In this document: positions 1-12,475 of the stretch, in pieces | Layout of the letters: each line of letters begins with the position of its first letter | Numbering within the stretch: the first letter of the stretch is position 1 | Assembly: GCF_006345805.1 (NCBI RefSeq) | Contig: NC_043015.1 | Span: 49,786,001 to 49,850,000 of the forward strand | DNA length: 64,000 bases | Direction: 5' to 3' | DNA from: Octopus sinensis | Lineage: Eukaryota | Notes under the pieces: generated by a model | The model's input: the letters and a program-made list of their open reading frames with translations, nothing else | Databases searched by the model: none | What the model was told of the DNA's origin: nothing | Position numbers and translations under genes: made by a program

Positions 1-474
1 ATATATATGCACACACATACACACGCATAAAACCTAATAACCTATCTAAAATCCCTTTTGCTTCGTTTACTATGATTCATAGGGATCACACTTAGACGAA
101 AGGAAGTAAAGAAACAAAAATAGTCAAATAATATAAATAACTATACCAAAAAAAACAACCAAAAATGGTGGCGGAGATAAAAAGAGGAAAAGATAAGAGG
201 AAAGAGAGACAGAGACAGATAGAAGAAGAGAGACAAACAGACAGACAGAAGAAGAGAGAGAGAGAAGAGGTTTGAAGTGACGACATTTACAATGAATAGC
301 TGGATAATGAGAAACTATTTTCTGGCGAGAGCGTCCTTAGTTGAATACGCATTGAATTGCTATCGCTGCAGAGGTGATGTTTTCATTGGCTGAAAGACGT
401 TGGGGGGGAAAATTCATGCGAAGCAGCGTCCCTGTGTCTCATCGTTCACTGATATACACGGAAAGTTCTGTGTA

Positions 475-548
<74 letters not shown>

Positions 549-926
549 TGTGTGTGTGTGTGTGTGTATGTGTATGAGGTATGTGTGGGCAAGTGTGGAG
601 TTTGTGTAAAATAAAAAAAAATCAACAACAAAACAACAAAATATGAAAACTTCTCCGTATGTATGCATATGTATACATACATTTGTGCTTAAATATATGT
701 GTGTTGTGTACGTGTGTGTATGTGTGTGTGTGTGTGTGAGTGTGTATGTACTGTTTATTTTTATCTGTAAGTGAAATACACGCATATGTATATATGTATA
801 TACATACATACATACATACATACATTCATACATAAATACATACATACACACACAAACACACACATATCTATCTCTCTCTCACTTTCGCTCTCTTTCTTTC
901 TCTCTATCTCTCTCTCTCTCTCTCTC

Positions 927-1003
<77 letters not shown>

Positions 1004-1055
1004 GCACAAACGTATACACTTCCGAACATATATTCACACATACATATAACATATG

Positions 1056-1097
<42 letters not shown>

Positions 1098-1459
1098 TGT
1101 GTGTGTATGTGTGTGTGTGTGTGTTATGCACACACACGAGTTCACTTGCATACATGCAACTCTGCTAAATATCCGCTGGCAACCATGAGAATTGCGTGGA
1201 ACAGCGACGGGTATGTATGTATGTATGTAGGTAGGTAGGTAGGTAGGTAGGTAGGTAGGTAGGTAGGTAGGTAGGTAGGTAGGTAGGTAGTTAGGTAAGT
1301 AGGTATATATGTGTAAATTGAATACCTCATAAAATATGAGGCATTCAATTTACGCATATACATTTTATATAAAGTACGATAGGGTACAAAGAGAAGGGTA
1401 TAAAACGTGTTCGCATGATTTACACACGTATGTCGTTTCTCTGTAAAATAATAATGATA

Positions 1460-1522
<63 letters not shown>

Positions 1523-2071
1523 GATGCAGTACCAGGCAGTGGCTCTCATGGCTTCTGATCTTAACTGATTGGAAGTGTTATCATGTACATTGTTTTGTCT
1601 TGGTATAAAAGATGGGCTACAGCAAATATTCTGCTCAATACCACAGATTTGCTTGTCAGTTGTTTGACCTGAACCAGTTGAGCATGTCCGTTAGTGGCTG
1701 ACGATATGTGCATCTCTGATCATGAGCAGAAGTAGTAGGGAGCATCATAGTCGTGTGTTGAAAGGAATTCTTGGAGGTTTGGATAATTTCACCTTTGGAA
1801 ACATGGGTGTTTCGTTCAGTATCCTTAAACAATCCTTATTCAGGGACCTTTTGAGGGGGATGGGCTACTCGACCAGAAGAAAATTCTAACTGGACTCCAC
1901 CTGCAAGGTCATGCGCTGTTTGTCTTGATATGAGATCACCATGTCGTGCACATATGGTTGTGATGCATGTGCCTGGTGTACACTTATCAGACGGGTTGTC
2001 ATGATGGGTATACTGAGCTTCGTATATTTTACCCCAGTGTCACTTTGATGGCATGTACTGCTTTCTCACTC
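1523..2071. repeat. ~550-bp interspersed repeat embedded in (AAT)n, copy 1
   Basis: Colinear and highly similar to 60290-60841; both copies are flanked by (AAT)n. Confidence 0.9.
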
Positions 2072-2116
<45 letters not shown>

Positions 2117-2480
2117 CTTTTCCGCTATTGGCACAAGGCCTGAAATTTTGAGGGAAGGGTAAGTCGATCGTATCGACCCAGTACTCAACTGGTACTTAAT
2201 TTATCGACCTCGAAAGGATGAAAGGCAAAGTCGACCTAATAATAATGATGATGATGATGATGATGATGAGATAATAATAATCTTTGCTTCTATAGGCAAG
2301 AGGCCTGAAATTAGATCGACCCTAGTACGCAACTGGTATTTAATTTATCGACCCCGAAAGGATGAGAGGCAAAGTCGACCTAGGCGGAATTTGAACTCAC
2401 AACGTAGCGCCAGACGAAATAGCACTAAGCATTTCGCGAGGCGTGCTAACGAATCTGCCAGCCAGCCGCCTTAATGATGG

Positions 2481-2511
<31 letters not shown>

Positions 2512-2541
2512 AATACTAATACAAATAATAATAATAATAAT

Positions 2542-2891
2542 ATCGTAGGAGCAGGTTACAATACCAGTGATCGTCGGAGCACTAGGAATGATCAAGAAGG
2601 GAACCGAAAATTATATGAGAATGATCCCTGGCTTATCATCCCTGCAAGAAGTGCAAAAGATTGTCTTAACTGGTACATCACACGTATTGAGAAGAGCATT
2701 GTCGATGGGAGAACTGTTACTGCCCATGTATTTTAATATAACATTAAAAAAAAAAAAAATTTTTAAATGAACGAACTATTGAGTTTGGTTTAATGGCCTA
2801 CCAATGTATACTATGAGTTTCTTTGCCCTAGGAGTCGGGAAGACGCTCGGCAAGAAATGGAAGCAAATTTGAAAGAAGAAGAAAAAAAAAA
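2542..2891 (+). mobile_element. 5'-truncated R4/Dong-like (restriction-like endonuclease) non-LTR retrotransposon 3' end
   Basis: TIPVIVGALGMIKKG...LQEVQKIVLTGTSHVLRRALS resembles the C-terminus of RLE-clade LINE ORFs. Flanked on both sides by (AAT)n. Confidence 0.75.
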
Positions 2892-3660
2892 TAATAATAA
2901 TAATAATAATAACAACAACAACAATAATGATAATCCTTTCTTTATTGGCAACATGAGCTGCGAAAGACAGTTAGAATAGTGCAATGACGAATGATCGTGA
3001 GGATTTGAGGAATAAAAATATCATGTACACAATTAAAAATCAATGGCAATAAAAATATTTTTACCAAATTTCTCAAAGGAGGGGTGGGGTAAAACACCAA
3101 AAGAATCCTTCACATCCCAAGCCTTTCTCTTCACAGGAGTACCAAGGCAAGTACTCCTCTCTCTTCCATATTTCTTAGCCTACAGGTGCCAACTTAGAGT
3201 AGTAGGCTAGCTCACTCGGCTCATTCTCGCCACATTCACCCAAATTTCAACAAATTTACGGGTGGGTGGGTGCGTGAGTGTAGCACATCTCTCTCAACCC
3301 TCTTTTCTAGGAGGAATTTTAAAAAGTCGATGAGGCCTGGGCCTTAGATTAAAGTGTCTGTCTTCAGTCCTATCAGTTTCGCCCACCACAACAACAGAAG
3401 GCTGGAAACGAATGGCAGTGCTTGTATGACGGTAATATTAATTTACAACCAGCAATTGAGATCAAAACGAGGATACACACACACACACGAATTCGCAGAC
3501 ACACACACACATACACATATGTTTGAAGCTCTGAAGAAGCTGTAGGGTGATACTCAAGCATTCATCTATAAGTGTATTACATCTCATAACAGAAACAGCT
3601 GTTAAGCTAATGAAGTTCATAACATAATAGTTTATTCCTTTATCATTCTAATTGCTTGTG

Positions 3661-4002
3661 AAGGTGCATGGCTCACTGGTTAGAGCGTCGAGCTTATGAT
3701 CGTGAGGTTGTGAATTCGATTCCCGGACCTGGCTGCGTGTTGTGTTCTTGAGCAAGACACTTTATTTCACGTTGCTCCATCCAGTTCACTCAGCTGTAGA
3801 AATGAGTTGCGATGCCACCGGTGGCAAGCTGTATAGGCCTTTGCCTTTCTCTTGGATAACATCAGTGGCGTGGAGAGGGGAGGCGGTATGCGTGGGCGAC
3901 TGCTGGTCTTCCATAAACCACCTTGCCCAGACTTGTGCCTCGGAGGGTAACTTTCTAGGTGCAATCCCATGGCCAATCATGACCGAATGGGGTCTCCTCA
4001 TT
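3661..4002 (+). mobile_element. tRNA-derived SINE family C
   Basis: TGGCTCACTGGTTAGAGC..TTCGATTCCC..CTTGAGCAAGACACTTTATTTCAC. Related copies at about 18995-19260(-), 22830-23160(-), 32525-32855(-), 46520-46700, 59065-59252(-). Confidence 0.8.
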
Positions 4003-5869
4003 CTAATGCTTATATAAACACATATATAAAATGTGTGTTTTTTGTGTGTGTGCGTGCTTCTTTTAGTTTCCGTTTACCAAATCCATTCAAAAGAGTTTGG
4101 ATGGCCCTGGGTTATAATAGAAAGCAATTGTCCATTGTGCCGCCGAGCAATGAACTGAACCCAAAGTCACGAGGTCTGCGTGTGATGTATCTACATTCAA
4201 ATTTCGACACAGCATCTTTGAGACCACTATATTCAACTTATTCAATTACACGGCACCATTCTGGAACCGCTTAATTAACAAGACTATTCTGAATGAGTCT
4301 ACAACCACTTCTAGAAAAGATTAGCAATTAAAAGCTTTTAAAAATTCTTTTCCTCCATTTTTTTTTATAGAATATCTCTTTTCTTAGAAGTAATACAAAC
4401 TTTAAAATAACATTTCCGAATCTATTTATTAGATGTCCTTTTTTTGATATATATATTTCTTCGAAATTGTTAGTATATGATAGCTATATTCCAACTCAAG
4501 TAATTGCTATTGATGTTCACTTAGTACACATGATTAAAAACATCGATATATACATGATATAAAGCGGTGAGCTGGTAGAGTCGTTAGCACGCCGGGCGAA
4601 ATGCTTAGCGGTATTTCGTCTGCCGCTACGTTCTGAGTTCAAATTCCGCCGAGGTCGACTTACCCTTTCATCCTTTCGGGGTCGATTAAATAAGTACCAG
4701 TTACGCACTGCGGTCGATATAATCGACTTAATCTGTCTGTCCCTGTTTGTCCCCTCTGTGTGTAGCCCCTTGTGGGCAATAAAGAAATAGGTATTTTGTC
4801 TGCCGTTACGTTCTGAGTTCAAATTCCGCCGAAGTTTGCTTACCAACCAAATGGTTCCGAGTTCAGTTCCACTGCAGGCAGGTATCTTGGGCAAGTGTCC
4901 TATACTATAGCCCCTGACCGACCAAAGCCTTGTGTGTAGATGGTTGACGGAAACTGAAAGAAGCCTTTGTATACGTATACACCTGTGTGTCAGTGTTTGT
5001 GTATGTGTGTATGTGCACGCGTGTGGTACGTGTCTGTGTGCGCGCGTGTGTATTTATGTGTATGCGAGTGCTTGTATGTATGTGTGTGTGCTTGTGTATG
5101 TCTGTTGCATTTGTGTTTTTCCTCGCACACCGCCTGACAACCGGTGTTGGTTTGTATACATCTGAACTTTGCTGTTCGACAGCAGACGCCGATAGAATAG
5201 GCACTCAGTTTTAAAATAAAGCGAGCACTGCGGTCGACTCATTCGACTAAACCCTTTATGACAGTGCCCCAGTGTGGCCGCATTCCCCCCAAAAAAAGCA
5301 ATGTTGAGTTTGTCGCCCTTGCATTTAGTTGATTCAAGAATTCGTTCACAGCATCAATCTCTCTCCGATACAGTTCTAGCGATGACGTCATACTCGCTAC
5401 ATTAAACGTGTTAGCATCTATTTTACAAATAATATACAAACATTTTCACCGAATTACAAATTACAAATACGAAAAAAAAAAACCTCGTTTGTTTACTTTG
5501 GCAGTGCTTGAAGGAATTACGCTGTTCTACTTTTAAACTCCAAGACATTTATTTTTTTCGTTTTTTATGTTTTTGTCGAGTGTTTGTTATATATCTTGCT
5601 TCTTTTCTGGGTTTTTATTTTTATATCGGATTATAAAATTGTAACGCTCCAAAGATATTTGTACTTAAAAAAAATATCTACTCGTCTTACATACACACAT
5701 ACATATACAGATACATATTTACATACAAATACAGACACACACTTATCTGTACGTATGTGTGGTGTTTCGTAAACTCTCCTATATATATATATATTTATAT
5801 TTATATATATGTATGTATATATACACACACACATATATATATATATACATATATTATATATGTATATAT

Positions 5870-5902
<33 letters not shown>

Positions 5903-6728
5903 CTTATATATATATATATATATATATGTATATTACACACATATATATATATACACATACACACACACATTTATATTATATATTGGTGTATGTGTATTAA
6001 TGTGTGTGTGTGCTTGTGTGTCCGTGTGTGTGTGAGATGATATAGCTTTTTAAAATTATTTGAATTCTTCCGAGAAAATAGAGAAATGGCTTCTATCAGA
6101 CGAACAAAGATCCATCGTTCGTATTCAGATAAGAGCGGTGGCGATATATTTGTTGATCGTTATAGTAATGTTCCGGATAAAATTCTGACAGCATATATGT
6201 TTCTTATCATTTGCCATTCACTGAAACAAGTTTCAGTCCGTAGACTGCGGCCATGCTGGGGCAACGCCTTGAAGAATTTTTAGTCGAATGAAACGATCCC
6301 ATCCCAGTCGAATAAGCCTGGTACTTAACCTGTCGTTGCCATTGTGCCGAAGCGCTAAGTTACGGGACCGTAAACATACCAGCAATCGGTTGTCGAGCGG
6401 TAGTGGGAGACAAATACAGACAAACACACACACATATAAAAAAATATATATAAACGAAATTGCAAAGATAATCTGGAACGCGACTGAAGAAAGAAAATTT
6501 CGAATGACCCGTCCGTTTTTCTCTTGTCCCCTTTTTGTATCATCTGTCTGGTTGTTTTGTTGTCCCATTTTGCATCATCCAGCTGTCTGGATGTTTTGCG
6601 TTCTTGACCCATTTTTTGTAGTCTTTATATATATATATAATATATATATATATAATAGATAGATTAGTATATTATGTATATGTATATATAATTATATATG
6701 TATATGCATATATATATGTATTCTATAG

Positions 6729-6763
<35 letters not shown>

Positions 6764-7099
6764 ATATATACAAATATACATATATATAATATATATTATA
6801 TATATATATCTATATATATATATATAATATAATATATTATATATATATATGCAGAAGGCTATGGTCCGCCCGATGCAATATTTGAAGAGACTTGTGGCAA
6901 GGTTCCATGCAGTGGGACTGAACACAGAACTACGTGGTTGGAAAGCAAGCTTCTTACCACACAGCAACGCCTACGTCTCCCCCCCTTCTCTCTCTATAAA
7001 TATATAAATGGAGAGAGAGAGAGCGGGGAGCAAATAAAAGATACAACCAAATATATATGAAGATATAAACATATATATATTAATACTTTTTTAGTTCTA

Positions 7100-7537
7100 C
7101 TTAAGAAAGCTAAAGCCGGTCGCTAAGAAAGCAACAAAACTTTTTCCCTGTGTTTGTAAATAAGTGGTTGTGTTGGTGTGTTGGCTGAGCTGTCGATACA
7201 CACACACCCAAGTGTGAGCATCTGTTCAACTAAAGAATCTCAGATGAAGGATCTTTTGAGTGTCTTACTAAACTTCATTGTGCTGCAAATAGATTTGACT
7301 TGGAGAATGCGCGTCAGTTTCTTCTGCACTTTCTTTGAAAAACCTAGCATTTCTATGATATTAAGTACGTTTGTAGGTCGTAGCCTAATACACTTATGAT
7401 GATAAGTACAATTGTGAATTTATCGTCAGAATACAAGAGCTGTAATTTCCGTATTAATTCACTATAAATGTTCTCTTTTTCCTGGACTTGTGATGGTACA
7501 TTCACCTTCGCTGGGCAGCTGCTCAGCTGTCCAGCGG
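7100..7537 (-). mobile_element. Degenerate RLE-clade LINE 3' fragment
   Basis: SCPAKVNVPSQVQEKENIYSELIRKLQLLYSDDKFTIVLIIISVLGY resembles the endonuclease tail (..CP....EK...Y..L...PIIIGALG). Abuts a (TATG)n array. Confidence 0.6.
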
Positions 7538-8606
7538 ATGTATGTATGTATGTACGTACGTATGTATGTATGTATGTATGTATGTATGTATGTATGTATG
7601 TATGTATGTATGTATGTATGTATGTATGTATGTATGCATGTATGAATGTATGTATGCATGTATGTATGCATGTATGAATGTATGTATGTATGTATGAATG
7701 TATGCATGTATGTATGTATATATGTATGCATGCATGTATGTATGTATGTATGTATGCATGTATGTATGCATGTATGAATGTATGTATGTATGAATGTATA
7801 TATGTATGCATGTTGTATGTATGTATGCATGTATGTATGTATGTATGTATGCATGTATGTATGTATGTATGCATGTATGTATGCATGTATGAATGTATGT
7901 ATGTATGTATGAATGTATGCCTGTATGTATGTATGTATGTATGAATGTATATATGTATGCATGTTGTATGTATGTATGCATGTATGTATGTATGTATGTA
8001 TGCATTTATGTATGTATGTATGTATGTATGTATGTATGTATGTATGTATGCATGCATGCATGTATGTATGTATGTATGTATGCATGCATGCATGCATGTA
8101 TGTATACATGTATGTATGTATGTACGTATGTATGTATGTATGTATGTATCTATGTGCGTACGTATGAATGAATGCATGTATGTATATATGTATGTATGTA
8201 TGTATGTATATATGTATGTATATATGTATGTATGTATATATATGTATGTATGTATGGTTGTGCGTACGTATGTATGGTTGTGCGTACGTATGAATGTATG
8301 CATGTATGTATATATGTATGAATGAATTTATATATGTATTATGTATGTTTATATATATGTGTGTGTATGTGTGTGTGTGCATAAATACATGTATATATAT
8401 ATATGAACATACGTACGTATGTATGTACGTTTATATATATGTATGCATAAATGCATGCATATATGTGTGAACGTGCATATGTGTGAATATATGTATGTGT
8501 GAAAGTGTATATGCGTATATGTATGTACACATGCAGGCATGCATGTGTGTGTAGATATACGTGTTTACAAGCGTTCATGGTGTGTGTGTTTGTGTGTGTT
8601 TGTGTG

Positions 8607-8641
<35 letters not shown>

Positions 8642-8690
8642 GTAAGTATGTGTGTTTGCGTGTGTGTGTGTAAGTATGTGTGTGTGTGTA
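7538..8690. repeat. Compound (TATG)n/(TG)n microsatellite
   Basis: Directly visible; source of many spurious HTYI/MYVC ORFs. Confidence 0.97.
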
Positions 8691-9404
8691 GATTGTTTTT
8701 CATGTATTTTTTATGGCACTGTATTTTATGCTGGGTCTAACCGAAACGCGTTTCCCACGGTTTGAAAGATGCGGTGTGAGCTAAGCATGTTGATACGAAA
8801 ATTTAACGTCGAAGAGGTCAAAGGTGAGTGACCTTGCAAAAAACACAGAAGGTCAATACGACCTGTCTGGGAATTGATCTCCGCGACGTTAGATGGCTGT
8901 TGCAACGAGTCGTCGCCGGGGATCCTCCGCGGCAACGCCTTAGCAATCATGTCTGCAAGGAGCGGTTAAACATGCCACTCCTGGTGTGTATAACCCGTTT
9001 CCCCACCACCATCAACACCTCAGACCACCTTCTCTTCCTTAATCCCCCCCCACCAACCTTTGTTCTTTTTCTTTATTGATTCCTCGATTAGGCAGTAATG
9101 GTTTCTTACTCGATAATTTAAACTTTATGTCACTTTTAAGGGCTTTTTTTTCTTTCGTTTTCTTCCTATAAAAATATGTTGTTAATAAAATATAATTTAA
9201 AGGTTGCAGAAAAAAAAAATAACAAAGACTCTATCAACATTAAAAAATTCTTTATGTACGGTTTGTTTGCACAAGTCCAGCTGTGCCAGGATTTACTAAG
9301 GACATGCTGTCCCCTGTAGCTTCGAGAAATTTGAGCGGGGGTGAAAGAAATTACATTTAGTATAAGATTCTCAAACAGTATTTTATCATAGAGTTTTTAT
9401 TGGT

Positions 9405-10510
9405 GGCGTTGTATTGTGGATGAATTGCTAGAGCGTCAGACAAAATGCTTAGAGACATTTCTTTTTCTGGTTTTACGTTCTGAGTTCAAATTCCACCGAG
9501 GTCGGCTTTGCCTTTTATCCTTTCGGGATCGATAGAATAAGTACCAGTTTAGTACTGTGGCCGATGTGATCGACTTAAGCCCTTCCCCAAATTTCAGGCC
9601 TTGTGCCTATACTAAAGACACAAAGCATCCTAATTATGAGGGCGACGAGATAGCAGAATCTTTAGCACGGCCGGAAAAATGTTTGGCGGCATTTCGTCCG
9701 GCTTCACATTCTGTATTCAAATTCCGCCGAGGTTGACTTTGCTTTTTATCCTTTCGAGGTCGATAAAATAAGTACCAGTTGAGTGCTGGGGGTCGATGTA
9801 ATCGATTGATCCCCTCCCCCTAATTTTCCAGGCCTTCTGCTAGTAGTAGAAAGAATTATCATTATTATGAGGGCGGTCAGCTGGCAGAATCGTCAGCACG
9901 CCGGACGAAATGCTTTGCGCTATTTCGTCCGTCTTTAAGTTGTGAGTTCAAATTCCGCTTAGATCGACTTTGCCTTTCATCCTTTCGGGGTCGATAAATT
10001 AAGTACCAGTGAAACACTGGAGTCGATGTAATCGATTAATCTCCCCCCCCCCTTCCCGAAAAAATTGCAGGCCTTGTGCCTATTGTAGAAAAGATTGTTA
10101 TTATTATTGTTCATAAGACGGCGAGCTGGCAGAAACGTTAGCACGCCAGGCGAAATGCTTAGCAGTATTTCGTCTGCCGCTACGTTCTGAGTTCAAATTC
10201 CGCCGAGGGCGACTTTGCCTTTCATCCTTTCAGGGTCGATAAATTAAGGACCAGTTACGCACTGGGGTCGATATAATCGACTTAATCCGGTTGTCTATCT
10301 TTGTTTGTCCTCTCTGTGTTTAGCCCCTTGTGGGTAGTAAAGAAATAGGTATTTCGTCTGCCGTTACGTTCTGACTTCAAATTCCGCCAAGGTCGACTTT
10401 GCCTTTCATTCTTTGAGGGGTCGAAAAAATAAGTACAAGTTGAGAACTGGTGTCGCTGTGTAATCCACTCATCTCCTACCCCAAAATGGCTGCCCTTGTA
10501 GCAAAATTTG
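9405..10510 (+). mobile_element. Cluster of tRNA-derived SINE family A copies
   Basis: Repeated GGCGAGCTGGCAGAA(A/T)CGTTAGCAC...GAGTTCAAATTCCGCCGAGGTCGACTTTGCCTTTCATCC units with pol III A/B-box-like motifs. Other copies at about 2120-2470(-), 4563-4830, 12510-13440(-), 24676-24903(-), 32184-32385, 36440-36860, 38655-39075(-), 44015-44600, 56985-57430, 58460-59060, 60880-61080(-). Confidence 0.85.
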
Positions 10511-10590
10511 AAATCATTATTATTATTGTTATTATTATCGTGCTCGGTGAATTAATGACTTGTTTTCGATGTGATAAGTCTATATTTGCC

Positions 10591-10703
10591 CATATATGCA
10601 CACGGGCATATGGCGTAGTGGTTAAGAGCGCGTGCTACGAACCCCAAGATTCCGAGTTCGATTCCAAGCAGTGACCTGAACAATAATAATAATAATAATG
10701 ATG

Positions 10704-10749
<46 letters not shown>

Positions 10750-10956
10750 TTAATAATAATAATAATATTAATAATAATAATGACAATAACAACAACAACA
10801 TCGAAAAATACCTTCCGAATGAGAACCCAGGTTCGAAATTACCCCCAAGACACCTAATGAAGGCTGGAGGGTATATCAGCCGAAACGTTGTGTTAACAAC
10901 AAACAAGATGAGGACAATTATTCGTCGAATGTAAATGATGTAAATAATGTAAATAT
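10591..10956 (+). mobile_element. tRNA-headed SINE-like element with internal (AAT)n and a hammerhead-like 3' module
   Basis: A box TGGCGTAGTGG 10611-10621, B box GTTCGATTCC 10656-10665. HHR-like ACAC-CTAATGA-A-GGCTG..CAGCC-GAAA-CGTT-GTGT at 10850-10893. Tail of ~9-bp ATGTAAATA-type repeats. GTCTATATTTG lies on both flanks (10578-10588, 10957-10967), a possible TSD. Confidence 0.65.
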
Positions 10957-11186
10957 GTCTATATTTGTTCCCTTTTTTGTTGTATAATGTGTCGTGTTTT
11001 GAGCAAGACCTAAGGGTCTGAGCAAAAGTTATTGTTATCTGCCCTTAAGAGCAAATAGCATCATGAGCAGCAGCAACAGCAGCAGCAGCAGTAGCAGCAG
11101 CAACAATAGCAACGTGCCAGAAATCAATAACCTTGAGCTAACATTTTGTTTGTGTATTTAAAAAGTATTTTTCAAGCAGCAGCGAC

Positions 11187-11269
11187 ATGTACGACCGATA
11201 AGGAAATAAATCCCTTGTCATGCTTATGTACGACCGATAAGGAAATAAATCCCTTGTCATGCTTATGTA
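11187..11269. repeat. Perfect 39-bp tandem duplication
   Basis: ATGTACGACCGATAAGGAAATAAATCCCTTGTCATGCTT occurs twice. Confidence 0.95.
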
Positions 11270-11417
11270 TACATTTATTTTTTTAATCCCTCCATTTCTT
11301 ATCCTGACATTAAAATGGACATTTCTCAGTTGAAATTGATGCATGTCCTTCTCTTTCTCTTTCTCACTTTCAATGCTTATCACTTTCAATGCTTTCAATG
11401 CTTATCACAATGCTTAT

Positions 11418-11458
<41 letters not shown>

Positions 11459-11820
11459 GTCCACGCACACGCACATACACATTGCTCATGCTCTTACACA
11501 TACCACATACACACAGGTCTCTATCCATGAAATGTCATTGACATATAAATGCTGAATCAAATTCACTTCGTTATCAAGACACATATGGTACCTCAAGGAC
11601 AGTAAAAAAAAAACCTTTCTAGAAAAGGAAGAATTGCTGAACAAGGAATTCCATAAAATCTAAGTGGCAACAGATGCAATTTCTGAACAACTGTAAAGTT
11701 TAAATTATTTACTGCACCTGCCAATATCTGAAATAAGTGAGACAAAATATTTTCTATCTTTTTGCACCGAAATATGTGTATGTATGTATGTATGTATGTA
11801 TGTATGTATGTATGTTATGT

Positions 11821-12475
11821 CAGGTCACTTTCGAGTGCTACTGGTAACATGTAACCCACTACAACCTGTTGCATGGTCGGGTCGTCGGCGACTAAACCGG
11901 CAACCCCACCAAGCTTGCTTGGTGAGGAGGGTGTTTATTGGCCACCCCGCGGGATGAAAAACAAAACCCGTCAAAGGGCGGAGGGACTCTTGAGAGTCAA
12001 CGGCCATCCAATAAATGTCTTAAGGCTGTATCATGCGCGGGGACATAGAAATAATCGGATTGAATACCCGATCGCGCGGTTAAACCACTGGGAGTGAAGG
12101 ACTCCTAGCCTTTGTTAGGGCGTCCTTCTAGGAGAAGGTAACTCAAGTAACTGGGACAACTCCGACATAAAACCTGCAGCTCAGTGGTTACCGATGATGT
12201 TGACTTGTTCTTCTTTTCGGATTATGGCTGCTGTTGCTTAGTGAGTGGGATTGACTCAGTGCATAGCTTTTCCTCACTTAAAAAAAAATCTTCTTGCGCA
12301 GGCATTGCATGATAACAACATTGTTCATGATTGTTGATAGATAGTGTTGTGAGTCTCAACTGAGCGTCTGGCGGTAGCGTTAAAAAGCAAATAAAAGTCA
12401 CATTCGATCACAGCACCAATAACAGTTAAGCTTCGTGCAATGGCCATACTCGATAACGAGGAAGCAGCCATCATG
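11821..12475 (+). mobile_element. GC-richer ~650-bp insertion in (TATG)n, resembling an RTE-type 5' region or non-autonomous retroposon
   Basis: Sharp compositional boundaries inside a (TATG)n tract. Contains CTAGGAGAAGGTAACTC...AAACC, similar to a motif I recall from RTE 5' regions. No ORF homology. Confidence 0.4.

Noticed and set aside
7353-8578. Long HTYI/MYVC-repeat ORFs (also 33451-34270, 42815-43688, 51401-51961, 61650-62209)
   Set aside because: Stop-free translations of (CATA)n/(TG)n/(GATA)n repeats.
8726-8950. 74-aa minus-strand ORF as a coding exon
   Set aside because: No recognisable homology; better explained as a regulatory island.
10604-10675. Possible tRNA gene (similar heads at 3665 and 32790-32850)
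   Set aside because: A/B boxes are present, but there is no closing acceptor stem or proper cloverleaf; these are SINE heads.
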